Shown here: one piece after another, positions 18,030-26,496 of the stretch
How positions within the stretch are numbered: the stretch's first letter is position 1
Layout of the letters: every line of letters begins with the position of its first letter
NCBI GenBank assembly: GCA_036788695.1
Contig: DAIQMY010000001.1
Location: 150,792 to 214,791, forward strand
DNA: 64,000 nucleotides
Source: Candidatus Levyibacteriota bacterium
Lineage (GTDB): Bacteria > Patescibacteriota > Microgenomatia > Levybacterales > GWA1-39-11
Direction of reading: 5' to 3'
Notes under the pieces: model-generated
Told to the model about the DNA's origin: nothing
Seen by the model: only the letters and a program-made list of their open reading frames with translations
Databases searched by the model: none
Program-made: the position numbers and the translations under genes

Positions 18030-18596
18030 ATGCGACTAGGTATGAAAGTAAAAGTTTCCACCCTAATTTTTATAAGTTTCTTTTTTGTTTTTATAAGTGC
18101 AAAAACGGTTTCTGCGCAGGTGATAGAGCTTTCACCGACCATTCCTATATCAACACCTGCTGCAGCAGTTCAAACTGTAGATTACCAACTTCCATATCCG
18201 GGTCTTCTTCCAGACAACCCTTTATATGTGTTTAAGGCGGCGCGAGACAAGGTAGTAGAATTTCTTATTTCTGATCCGGTTAAAAAAGCTGAATTTTACC
18301 TACTTTCATCAGATAAAAGGGTAAACACAGGTTATTACCTTATTATAAAAGGAAAGCATGATATGGGAATGTTATATATCTCCAAAAGTAATAGCTACCT
18401 AAGTCTTGCAAATTCTGCCACTACACAAAGCGGTGAAAATGGGAAGAGCATTCGTGACAGGCTAGACTTGGCAGTAAAAAAACATATAGAGTTGCTTAAT
18501 TCTTTAACAAAGAGAATTGATAAAAAAAATAGCACAAAACTTGCAAATGAGATTAAGAGATTAGAGAAATTTCAAACGCTTATAAATAAGAAATAG
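18030..18596 (+). CDS. Secreted hypothetical protein with a DUF5667-like motif (LPYPGLLPDNPLYVFK)
   Basis: Signal peptide followed by the conserved LP.PG.LPD.P.Y motif, characteristic of a domain common in CPR-type genomes. Confidence 0.5.
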   Translation: MRLGMKVKVSTLIFISFFFVFISAKTVSAQVIELSPTIPISTPAAAVQTVDYQLPYPGLLPDNPLYVFKAARDKVVEFLISDPVKKAEFYLLSSDKRVNTGYYLIIKGKHDMGMLYISKSNSYLSLANSATTQSGENGKSIRDRLDLAVKKHIELLNSLTKRIDKKNSTKLANEIKRLEKFQTLINKK

Positions 18597-18807
18597 TCTT
18601 ATCTTCTCTCAGTCTTCGTTTCGTGTCTGGCATTCTCTTTAATCACACTTCGCACCGTATTATAAATGATCTGATTTTTTGAGTCTTATAGGCGTAACTA
18701 GAACACATAAAATACTCAGCAGAAAAGTGGAAATCTCTTCAAATTTCTTACATGAAAATAGTGAGGCTAAAAAAAGACCTGCATCTTTTTGATACAGTAA
18801 TTACCTG

Positions 18808-18836
18808 TTGACAGGATAAATATAGTGTCTTACCAT
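18808..18836 (+). promoter_or_regulatory. Candidate sigma70-type promoter for nrdR (TTGACA, 17 nt spacer, TACCAT) with an overlapping NrdR-box-like sequence AGGATAAATATAGTGT (18813-18828)
   Basis: -35 TTGACA at 18808-18813 and -10 TACCAT at 18831-18836. The 3' half of the overlapping 16-mer (ATATAGTGT) matches the NrdR box consensus half acaCwAtATaTwGtgt; the 5' half is degenerate (12/16 overall). Confidence 0.3.
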
Positions 18837-18923
18837 AGTTTTTGGCACTAAATATGGTTCAAGCCTATGATAGCCAAATAAGAAAGATCAATTAGGCAAA
18901 GAGTAAATTGAAAACAAAACAGA

Positions 18924-19373
18924 ATGCATTGTCCATATTGTACAAGTCAGGAAACGGAAGTAGTTGAAACGAGAGTAGGTGAGGATGGCACAAATATTAG
19001 GCGTAGAAGAACATGCGCTGCTTGTCAAAAACGTTTCACAACATACGAGCGGATAGAGAACATACCACTAATAGTCAAAAAAAAAGACGGGAAAAGGGAA
19101 CAGTTTGATCGGGATAAATTGCAGAAAGGAATGATCACGGCAACTCAAAAAACAACAGTTACCGTTGTAAACATAACACAAATAGTAGATGAGATTGAGC
19201 GAGAGCTGCGGGGAGGAGAAAGCGTTGAGATTGAAAGTAAAAAGATAGGGCAACTGGTTGCAGCGAAACTGAAAAAGATAGATAAGATAGCATATATTAG
19301 GTTTTCAAGTGTATTTAGACAATTTGTTGACCTAGAGGACTTTCAGAAAGAATTACAAAAATTAATTAAATAA
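18924..19373 (+). CDS. nrdR: Transcriptional repressor NrdR (zinc ribbon plus ATP-cone)
   Basis: MHCPYCTSQETEVVETRVGEDGTNIRRRRTCAACQKRFTTYERIE is the canonical NrdR N-terminus. Located immediately upstream of the ribonucleotide reductase gene. Confidence 0.9.
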   Translation: MHCPYCTSQETEVVETRVGEDGTNIRRRRTCAACQKRFTTYERIENIPLIVKKKDGKREQFDRDKLQKGMITATQKTTVTVVNITQIVDEIERELRGGESVEIESKKIGQLVAAKLKKIDKIAYIRFSSVFRQFVDLEDFQKELQKLIK

Positions 19374-19375
19374 TT

Positions 19376-21826
19376 ATGACAAAACAATTAGAAGGACTAT
19401 CACAAAAAGTATTTTTAGATCGTTATTCCCTAAAGGATAAAGATGGTAACCCTGTTGAGAAAACTCCAGATGAGATGTGGAAGCGGGTTGCCCGTGGAAT
19501 CGCCGAGGTAGAGCCCCAAGATAAAAGAGCTGAATGGAGAAAGAAATTCTACAATGTAATGCGAGACTTTAAGTTTCTGCCAGGAGGTCGTATTTTTGCG
19601 GGAGCAGGAACCGGGTATGATGTTACTTACTATAATTGTTTCGTTATCCCAAGCCCTAAAGATTCAAGAGACGGAATACTAGACAACCTTAAATCTATGA
19701 TTGAGATTATGGCGCGTGGCGGAGGTGTAGGTCTTAATCTTTCTTCTCTGCGCCCTCGGGGTGCTCGCGTTAAAAAAGTAAATGGATTCTCATCAGGTCC
19801 TATTAATTGGGCAGAATTATACTCACTTGCTACTAAAGATATCGTGCAGCAGGGTGGAAGCAGGCGCGGTGCTCTTATGCTTATGCTTCATGATTGGCAT
19901 CCTGATATAGAAGAGTTTATTACCGTAAAACAGGATTTAACCCGTATAAATGGTGCAAATCTTTCCGTTTGTGTTTCTGATGCGTTTATGGAGGCGGTGA
20001 AAAAAGACGCAGATTGGGATTTGGTTTACCCAGACCTAGATGATCCTCTTTATGATTCTCATTGGGATGGAAATCTTGATGAATGGAAGAAATTAGGGGG
20101 GAAGGTAAAAGTGCAGAAAACCATCAAGGCAGCAGAGTTGTGGAACCTCATTTGTGAAGCGGCTTGGCGATCAGCAGAACCAGGTCTTCATTTCTTGGAA
20201 AGATCAAATAAAAGATCAAATACCTATTATTTTGAGAAACTTATTGCGACTAATCCCTGCGGTGAGCAACCCCTATCTGCATGGGCGGTTTGTAATTTAG
20301 GCGCTATGAACTTAGTTTCTTATGTAAAAAATGAGAAATTTGATTATGAAACATTTGGTGAGGATGTAAAAGTTGCAATGCGATTTTTAGATGATGTTAT
20401 TGATTCAACATATTACTTTCTTCCCGAAAATGAAAAATGCGCAAAGGATATAAGGCGAACTGGACTTGGCATCATGGGGTTAGGAGATGCCTTAATCATG
20501 ATGAAGTTGCGATACGGTGCGGAAGAATCTCTTCCTGTAATTGAAAAAATCTTTAAAACTCTTCGGGATAACGCATATATTGCCTCGTCTGATATAGCAC
20601 GAGAAAAGGGATCATTCCCCATGTTTGATCGTGAAAAATACCTAGAGGGGTATCATATTAAAGCACTTCCAAAACAAATTCGTGATAGGATTGCAAAAAA
20701 TGGAATTAGAAACGCTGTACTACTAACAATTGCTCCAACAGGGACAACAAGTCTTCTAGCGGGAACAACATCCGGCATAGAGCCGGTGTATGAATTCGAA
20801 TTTATTAGACGTTCTAAGTTGGGAATTGATAAGCTCTATCATCCTCTTTATGACCAATGGAAAAAAGATCACCCAGAAGAGAAGCGTCCATCCTATTTTG
20901 TATCCGCAAATGACCTTGCCCCTATGGATCACGCTAAAGTTCAGGCAATAGCACAGCAATACATAGATTCTTCAATTTCAAAGACCGTAAATGCTCCTAA
21001 TGCACACACAATAGATGACGTAAAAACGCTTTATATGGCTGCATATGATTTGGGCATGAAAGGAATTACCTATATGAGAGACGGATCACGCCAGGGGGTG
21101 TTGCAGCGTGAAGAGAAAAAAGAAGACTTACCTGCAGGTGAGGCAGGGAAAAAAGAAGGAGCAGTATCAGTTCCTCCTGCAAAGTCTCCAATTCTTCGCC
21201 GTCCCATGGTGATGCGTGGACTAACCTATAAAACACAAACTCCGTTGGGGGATGCATTTGTGACCATAAATAGTGATGATAATAACAATCCATTTGAAAT
21301 GTTTGTAACTATTGGGAAATCAGGATCAGACGTTGCTGCTATGGCAGATGCTTTAGGCCGTATTATATCATTGGTATTGCGTCTTCAGAGTCCAGTTGAG
21401 TCGCGTGAACGTGTCAGGCAAATTATTGCGCAACTTTCAGGAATTGGTGGAGTGCGCTCTGTTGGATTTGGTCCTAATAGAGTTAGATCCGTTCCGGATG
21501 CTATGGCAAAAGTACTTGCTGAGGAGTTTGAATTTAAGGTAAATGGGAGAGTGGTAGATTCACCTAAAACTGCGACTCCTGCAGATGCGGTACCAACAGC
21601 AGTTAATGGTGGAGCAAGCCTAAGCGCTACCGGGACACCAGTTATTAATGCAGATGCTGTAAGTCAGACACCGCAAGACACAAAGACTGCAACAATTGAA
21701 CAATTACCACTTGAGGCAGTAGAAACTCATTCTCATGCAGATGTGTGCCCACAGTGTGGAGTTGCCTCATTTGTTCATGAAGAAGGATGCAGCAAGTGCT
21801 ACAGTTGCGGACATGCCGAGTGTTAA
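19376..21826 (+). CDS. nrdJ: Ribonucleotide reductase, probably class II adenosylcobalamin-dependent (NrdJ-like), with a C-terminal Cys-rich zinc-ribbon tail
   Basis: RNR active-site region TNPCGEQPLS, a single large polypeptide with no adjacent small subunit, an adjacent PduO-type adenosyltransferase, and a C-terminal CPQCG...CSKCYSCG. Confidence 0.8.
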   Translation: MTKQLEGLSQKVFLDRYSLKDKDGNPVEKTPDEMWKRVARGIAEVEPQDKRAEWRKKFYNVMRDFKFLPGGRIFAGAGTGYDVTYYNCFVIPSPKDSRDGILDNLKSMIEIMARGGGVGLNLSSLRPRGARVKKVNGFSSGPINWAELYSLATKDIVQQGGSRRGALMLMLHDWHPDIEEFITVKQDLTRINGANLSVCVSDAFMEAVKKDADWDLVYPDLDDPLYDSHWDGNLDEWKKLGGKVKVQKTIKAAELWNLICEAAWRSAEPGLHFLERSNKRSNTYYFEKLIATNPCGEQPLSAWAVCNLGAMNLVSYVKNEKFDYETFGEDVKVAMRFLDDVIDSTYYFLPENEKCAKDIRRTGLGIMGLGDALIMMKLRYGAEESLPVIEKIFKTLRDNAYIASSDIAREKGSFPMFDREKYLEGYHIKALPKQIRDRIAKNGIRNAVLLTIAPTGTTSLLAGTTSGIEPVYEFEFIRRSKLGIDKLYHPLYDQWKKDHPEEKRPSYFVSANDLAPMDHAKVQAIAQQYIDSSISKTVNAPNAHTIDDVKTLYMAAYDLGMKGITYMRDGSRQGVLQREEKKEDLPAGEAGKKEGAVSVPPAKSPILRRPMVMRGLTYKTQTPLGDAFVTINSDDNNNPFEMFVTIGKSGSDVAAMADALGRIISLVLRLQSPVESRERVRQIIAQLSGIGGVRSVGFGPNRVRSVPDAMAKVLAEEFEFKVNGRVVDSPKTATPADAVPTAVNGGASLSATGTPVINADAVSQTPQDTKTATIEQLPLEAVETHSHADVCPQCGVASFVHEEGCSKCYSCGHAEC

Positions 21827-21904
21827 GATTGAATTAAGACTTATGAATTTAGAAGTAAATTTTTGTTTCAGAATTCCTAGATCTTAATAATTTGTTAACG
21901 TTGG

Positions 21905-22027
21905 TAACTTGGGTGGAATTCCCGGCCTGTGCCGCAACTGTTATAGACAGAAAACTTCGTTGACCGGTTCCGCTCGAGCAAGCTTTTTTATGGCCTTCTC
22001 GAGTACCGAGGAGGCTTTTTTCGTTTT
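21905..22027 (+). promoter_or_regulatory. Putative cobalamin (AdoCbl) riboswitch with an intrinsic-terminator expression platform, upstream of the PduO-type adenosyltransferase
   Basis: 21911-21942 GGGTGGAATTCCCGGCCTGTGCCGCAACTGT resembles the conserved aptamer core GGUG..AAUCC...GC.G.CCCGC.ACUGU. Downstream hairpin CCTTCTCG-AGTAC-CGAGGAGG (21994-22014) is followed by T6 (22016-22021). A duplicated CTCGAG element (21973-21978 and 21999-22004) could form an alternative antiterminator pairing. Confidence 0.45.
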
Positions 22028-22037
22028 TAAAACACAT

Positions 22038-22586
22038 ATGGTGATTTATACAAAAACTGGAGACCGCGGAAAGACAGCGCTTTTTTCCGGGAAAAGAGTA
22101 TGGAAGGATGACACCCGGATAGATGCTTATGGGACACTAGATGAGCTAAATTCTGTGATTGGAATAATACTGTCCTTTAATACTAAAAAGACAAAAGAGA
22201 ATAAATATATTGTTCGCATTCTTTTATCTATTCAAGTGGCAATTTTTCCAATCTGTTCATATCTGGCAGACCTTCCAGATACGCTTTCTGATGTAGATCT
22301 TGAACTAGAAACAAAAAAATTGGAAAAAGAGATAGACAAAATGACAAAAAAAATGCCAGAACTTTCTAATTTTATTCTACCGGGTGGAGGAGTGGTAGGT
22401 GCGAATTTACATTTAGCAAGAACAGTAAGCAGGCGGGCAGAGCGGAAAATTATAAAACTTCATAAAAAAGAAAAAGTAGATATTTGCGTAATCCAATATG
22501 TAAATAGACTCTCAGATGTGTTTTTTACCCTGGCCCGATACGCAAATTATCTAGAGCATAAAAAGGAGACCATTTGGGAGAGATAA
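22038..22586 (+). CDS. pduO: ATP:cob(I)alamin adenosyltransferase, PduO/MMAB type
   Basis: MVIYTKTGDRGKTALFSGKRVWKDDTRIDAYGTLDELNSVIG matches the PduO-type ATR N-terminus. The true start is probably the ATG at 22038 rather than the track start at 21909. Confidence 0.8.
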   Translation: MVIYTKTGDRGKTALFSGKRVWKDDTRIDAYGTLDELNSVIGIILSFNTKKTKENKYIVRILLSIQVAIFPICSYLADLPDTLSDVDLELETKKLEKEIDKMTKKMPELSNFILPGGGVVGANLHLARTVSRRAERKIIKLHKKEKVDICVIQYVNRLSDVFFTLARYANYLEHKKETIWER

Positions 22587-22588
22587 TC

Positions 22589-23929
22589 ATGAGTGAATTT
22601 CTTTTGCCCCAACAAAAAAACCACTTACCCCCTTTTTTCGTAGAGACAGAAGCAACACCAGTTATTCCCTCAATGGCTTTTGATGTTGCAAGAATTAAGA
22701 GAAGCGGGGAGGAAGACCTTTACGGTTTAAAAGATACTGGTTTTCAGGTGAAGACACAAATTGACCTATTGCTTGAGAATTATAAAAATGGGATTCCCCT
22801 CTCAAACTCATTTCAACAATTAGAACAGGACATCCAAGGTTTTAAGACAGAATACCTGGTTGAACTTCCTGTGTTTCCTATTGTTTTAGAGAAAGCATTA
22901 TATAAGGGAGAAATGAGATTAGTGGGGAAACTGTATGGAGGAAAGCCTGTAGTAGATGCGACTGATGATAAGGAAAGACATGGAGCGGTTAAGAAGTCTA
23001 TTAAAAAGATAGAAGAAAAGTTAATTGATGCGCCGGCAGGAACTATGGCTGTTATGACTAGTCCCAAGGGATGGAGTGGGTATGAAGGGATAACATATCC
23101 AGATTCTCAAACGTATTGTTTTGAAGTTCAAGAGGATGGTGGGATAAGAGGTTTTACCTTAAAAACAGACATGAGTCTTTCTCAAAACAAAGAACTTTTA
23201 ATGAATTTAGGAGTACCTAAAAATGATTTTAAGGAGGAAAAAGATGCAATAAGCAGCATAAAAGAAGTGGTAAGCAATGTAGCATTTATACCTTCAGAAA
23301 ATGGTAAAAAGATTGAAGATATAGTGCAAATAATAAAGCATATAAAAGGTGACGAATCAGCTTATAAGGATAGTAGTGGGAAAAGTAGGACTTTTAACGA
23401 GATGATAAATCACTTAAAAAACCCGGAACACTTGTGGACCTTAGACTCAAAAACAAGAAGATTAATAGATGATTTTAGGGAATACGCATCATACCGCTTT
23501 GCAACTAAAGACAGTCTGTTAAGGCAGGACTTGGGAACTGGTTTAGGATACACTGTTTTAAAGCTTATGCATGAGATAAGAATGCCCCAAATAAAAGGTA
23601 AATATATGGAAAAGGGTAAGGTCTATGATCCGGCTCAAAAAGTTGTGGTTCCCTTTAATGCACGGGATACTCTTGAGAATTTGAAAAAAATTGGTGGATG
23701 CGCGGGTGGAGGAAATAAAAATAAAATAGGTGATCCAGTTAAGCAAATTATTAACTCCATAACGCCTCGGTTAGGATCTACAAATTTGTTTGAAGATGAA
23801 GGGCAGGAGTGGTTTACGTGCCCTAAATGTAGTTTTAAGGCAGACGGTCCGGTAGGGAATCAGTGCCCAGGATGTAAAATTACCATGGAGGAATACGCTC
23901 AGGAAGAAGGAGCAGTAGTTTGCGCATAA
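22589..23929 (+). CDS. Hypothetical protein (about 446 aa) ending in a CxxC...CxxC zinc ribbon; unknown function
   Basis: ATG at 22589 lies 2 nt after the pduO stop with GGGAGAG 6 nt upstream (the track start at 22574 is TTG). C-terminal WFTCPKCSFKADGPVGNQCPGCK. No recognisable enzymatic motif. Confidence 0.5.
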   Translation: MSEFLLPQQKNHLPPFFVETEATPVIPSMAFDVARIKRSGEEDLYGLKDTGFQVKTQIDLLLENYKNGIPLSNSFQQLEQDIQGFKTEYLVELPVFPIVLEKALYKGEMRLVGKLYGGKPVVDATDDKERHGAVKKSIKKIEEKLIDAPAGTMAVMTSPKGWSGYEGITYPDSQTYCFEVQEDGGIRGFTLKTDMSLSQNKELLMNLGVPKNDFKEEKDAISSIKEVVSNVAFIPSENGKKIEDIVQIIKHIKGDESAYKDSSGKSRTFNEMINHLKNPEHLWTLDSKTRRLIDDFREYASYRFATKDSLLRQDLGTGLGYTVLKLMHEIRMPQIKGKYMEKGKVYDPAQKVVVPFNARDTLENLKKIGGCAGGGNKNKIGDPVKQIINSITPRLGSTNLFEDEGQEWFTCPKCSFKADGPVGNQCPGCKITMEEYAQEEGAVVCA

Positions 23930-23931
23930 AT

Positions 23932-24087
23932 ATGGATAGCAATATATGTGAGGTTTGTTTTAAAATAAAATGTAGAGGGTGCGGGTGGGAGCCGGATTAC
24001 AATCAGGTAGTTCTTATCCAAAAAGAAATCCTCACCGCCTGTCCTGATTGTGGCTGGAAACCAGGGGAATCTATCACTACCTCTTGA
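23932..24087 (+). CDS. Small Cys-rich zinc-ribbon protein (51 aa), not in the ORF track
   Basis: Manual translation gives MDSNICEVCFKIKCRGCGWEPDYNQVVLIQKEILTACPDCGWKPGESITTS*. Three CxxC-like pairs; the start is 2 nt after the preceding stop. Confidence 0.35.
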   Translation: MDSNICEVCFKIKCRGCGWEPDYNQVVLIQKEILTACPDCGWKPGESITTS

Positions 24088-24105
24088 ACATGGTACAATC
24101 CACAT

Positions 24106-24537
24106 ATGCCTCAGAAGTTACCTTTAAATGAATTCCTGAAAACCTTTGAAAAAGTTCCTCGCGTTGCAATAAGTCTTTTTATAAAAAACAGCAGCCATGA
24201 AATTCTTTTAACAAAGCGTCTAATTGAACCTGGTAAAAACACATGGCATCTTCCCGGAAGCTTTATTTTAAAAGGAGAACGGATAGAGGAGTGTATAGCA
24301 CGTATTTTAAAAACTGAACTTGGATCAGAGAGTAGTTTTCGTGCCTATGTAGAAAATGTATTTGAGGATTTAGAAAAAGACCCACGCGGTCACATAGTAG
24401 AGATGATTTATAGAGTAGAGGGGGATATAACTCCTCATGCTACAGAAGAGACTGCGGAATCATGTTATTTCAGTGTCTTGCCTAGGGATATAGGATTTAA
24501 CCATAAAGAAGTCCTCCGGGTTTTAGGGTACAAATAA
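24106..24537 (+). CDS. NUDIX hydrolase
   Basis: Nudix box GSFILKGERIEECIARILKTELG (G x5 E x7 R E x2 E E x G). Confidence 0.8.
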   Translation: MPQKLPLNEFLKTFEKVPRVAISLFIKNSSHEILLTKRLIEPGKNTWHLPGSFILKGERIEECIARILKTELGSESSFRAYVENVFEDLEKDPRGHIVEMIYRVEGDITPHATEETAESCYFSVLPRDIGFNHKEVLRVLGYK

Positions 24538-24696
24538 GTACTATTTAGCCTCAAAATGAATAGAACAACCTGTAGTAAACACCATAAAATGTGGATAAAA
24601 GGTTTATAAGATAAAAGAGTAGACCTGTAGTATGTATTTAAGATAAATAAAACTTGTGAGTACTACTACTTCTACGAAGATTATATACTTATATCT

Positions 24697-25401
24697 ATGC
24701 CAAGCTTCATTTTAGACTTTTTATTTCCAAAAAAATGCATAAGTTGTAAAAAATTCGGGTCTTATATATGTGATGCATGCTTTTCTTCTATAGAGCCGTT
24801 TGACCAATATGTGTGTCCTATGTGTCTTAAGCACTCAATTACCGGTGAAACGCATCCAGGTTGCGTTACCCCTTTTTCTCTGGATGGGTTAATATGCGGA
24901 GTGGTATATAAAGGGGTTATGAAAAAAATGATTTTTAGACTCAAATATAGCCCTTATGTTTTGGATATAGGCACAATTATGGGAGAAATAGCAGTTGATG
25001 TTTTGAGTCAAAATGAGCTTTTTTCTAGAGTACTCTCCTCCCATCCTATAGTTGTGGAAGTGCCTCTCTCTTCTTATAAATTGAAAAAAAGAGGTTATAA
25101 TCAGGCAGAAATCCTGAGCAAATTTTTGGCAAATGAATTAAATATATCTTTTACGAAGGAAATATTAGTAAGAATTAAATCAACAAACCCTCAATTTAAG
25201 TTAGATAAAAAAGAACGACAAAAAAATGTGTTGGGGGCTTTTGAAATAAACAAAAAATATAAAAACATAACAAAAAACAAAACGGTAGTTTTAGTAGATG
25301 ACCTTTCTACTTCATGTGCTACCTTACGGGAATGCGCAAAAGTGTTAAAACGAGCCGGTGCAAAAAAGGTATATGGTGTAACTTTTGCCAGGGAACTGTA
25401 A
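24697..25401 (+). CDS. comF: ComF/GntX-family protein (double zinc ribbon plus phosphoribosyltransferase domain)
   Basis: N-terminal CISCKK...CDAC...CPMC zinc fingers and C-terminal PRTase motif VVLVDDLSTSCATLRECAKVLKRAGAKKVYGVTFAR. Confidence 0.8.
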   Translation: MPSFILDFLFPKKCISCKKFGSYICDACFSSIEPFDQYVCPMCLKHSITGETHPGCVTPFSLDGLICGVVYKGVMKKMIFRLKYSPYVLDIGTIMGEIAVDVLSQNELFSRVLSSHPIVVEVPLSSYKLKKRGYNQAEILSKFLANELNISFTKEILVRIKSTNPQFKLDKKERQKNVLGAFEINKKYKNITKNKTVVLVDDLSTSCATLRECAKVLKRAGAKKVYGVTFAREL

Positions 25402-25525
25402 GTATCAGCTCGAAGAATACCAATATGTACGGTATAATACCTATATACGAATTTTTAATAAGCCTTGCATCCTACGGTATTTTAGAGGAAGTATGTTTTG
25501 AGGTTCTTAAAAACGTTTATATAGT

Positions 25526-25972
25526 ATGAAAATTTTTAATAAACAAGCACCAGGAAATTTTAATGTTGAAGAGAGATATGAGGCGGGAATTGTTCTTCAG
25601 GGTCAAGAGGTGAAAGCCATAAAATTAGGGCATGCGGATCTAACCGGATCATACGTAAAACTTTTGGGATCTGAGGCGTATCTTATAAATTCCCGTATAT
25701 TCCCTTATGAATATGCGCGAGCGCAAGGTTATCAAGAGACAAGAACTAGAAAATTATTACTTCATAAAAAAGAATTATTAAAGTTAAAAAATAAACTTTC
25801 TGAAGGGAAACATACTTTAGTTGGTCTTTCTCTTTATGATACGAAAACAGGACTTGTAAAGATAGAGATTGGGCTTTCAAAAGGGAAAAAGAAACATGAG
25901 CGGGAAAAGGACGTAAGGCGCAGAGAATTAGACCTGCAATCCGAAAGGGAGTTTAAAGAAAAAAACTACTAG
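25526..25972 (+). CDS. smpB: SsrA-binding protein SmpB
   Basis: EAGIVLQGQEVKAIKLGHADLTGSYV and overall SmpB-like sequence. The tmRNA gene lies immediately downstream. Confidence 0.9.
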   Translation: MKIFNKQAPGNFNVEERYEAGIVLQGQEVKAIKLGHADLTGSYVKLLGSEAYLINSRIFPYEYARAQGYQETRTRKLLLHKKELLKLKNKLSEGKHTLVGLSLYDTKTGLVKIEIGLSKGKKKHEREKDVRRRELDLQSEREFKEKNY

Positions 25973-26058
25973 AATAGCCTCAAAACTGGACATTCAGCCT
26001 CAGATTTGGTATACTACATGTAATCTTTTCGAGGCCAGGAACGCTTCGAAAAGACTCT

Positions 26059-26459
26059 GGGGATGCAATGCATCGACAGGAATTGCTCTTTTACAACTGC
26101 AAGCCGGCGATGGTTCACAGCCGTAAAATAGGACCAAAAATACACGGTAAGTTTAATCTTACCCAGGGTCTCAAACGCGTTTTCGCGGATAGAGACATGT
26201 TTAAAGTAGGGCAACCTGCTTTTAACTTCGCTTAATAGCGCCTTGCTTACGCCCTTTCTTTTCTTAACGGATAAGCGTAGGTAAAAACCTTGTTAAGATA
26301 GGATTCAAGAAGTGATTAAACTTGAATTAGAAAAATTAGATCTTGGAACTGTTTCCCCTGTCAATTGGGTCAGAAATAGTTCGACAACAAAAAATTGACT
26401 ACGCTTGTAGATGTTTTAAAAAGTAGTTTTTGGACGGGAGGTCAAACTCCCCATCTCCA
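26059..26459 (+). ncRNA. ssrA: tmRNA (ssrA), about 401 nt, one-piece
   Basis: 5' GGGGATGCAATGCATCGACAGG (tRNA-like 5' end). 3' GGACGGGAGGTCAAACTCCCCATCTCCA (T-arm plus acceptor strand complementary to the 5' GGGGATG). Candidate tag ORF GCG GAT ... GCT TAA TAG (26185-26238) encodes ADRDMFKVGQPAFNFA followed by a double stop. Confidence 0.75.
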
Positions 26460-26466
26460 CACTTTA

Positions 26467-26491
26467 AGCCCTCAAAACCTGAGGGCTTTTT
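26467..26491. terminator. Rho-independent terminator (bidirectional position between ssrA and the convergent minus-strand gene)
   Basis: AGCCCTCA-AAACC-TGAGGGCT hairpin followed by TTTTT. Confidence 0.6.
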
Positions 26492-26496
26492 CGTAT

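Noticed and set aside
18700-18860. Additional NrdR-box-like sequences at about 18703 (ACACATAAAATACTCA) and 18846 (CACTAAATATGGT)
   Set aside because: Only about 9 of 16 positions match the consensus, and the halves are not mutually complementary. Only the 18813-18828 site was kept, at low confidence.
24569-24633. Direct repeat ACCTGTAGTA (two copies about 50 bp apart) upstream of comF
   Set aside because: A short 10-mer pair in AT-rich intergenic DNA could be chance. There is no associated palindrome or known motif, so it was noted only.
26100-26135. Alternative tmRNA tag candidate near nt 45 of ssrA (GCAAGCCGGCGATGG...TAG)
   Set aside because: Too close to the 5' acceptor and D-analog region to leave room for helix P2 and pseudoknot PK1. 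The downstream candidate ending in a double stop is more plausible.
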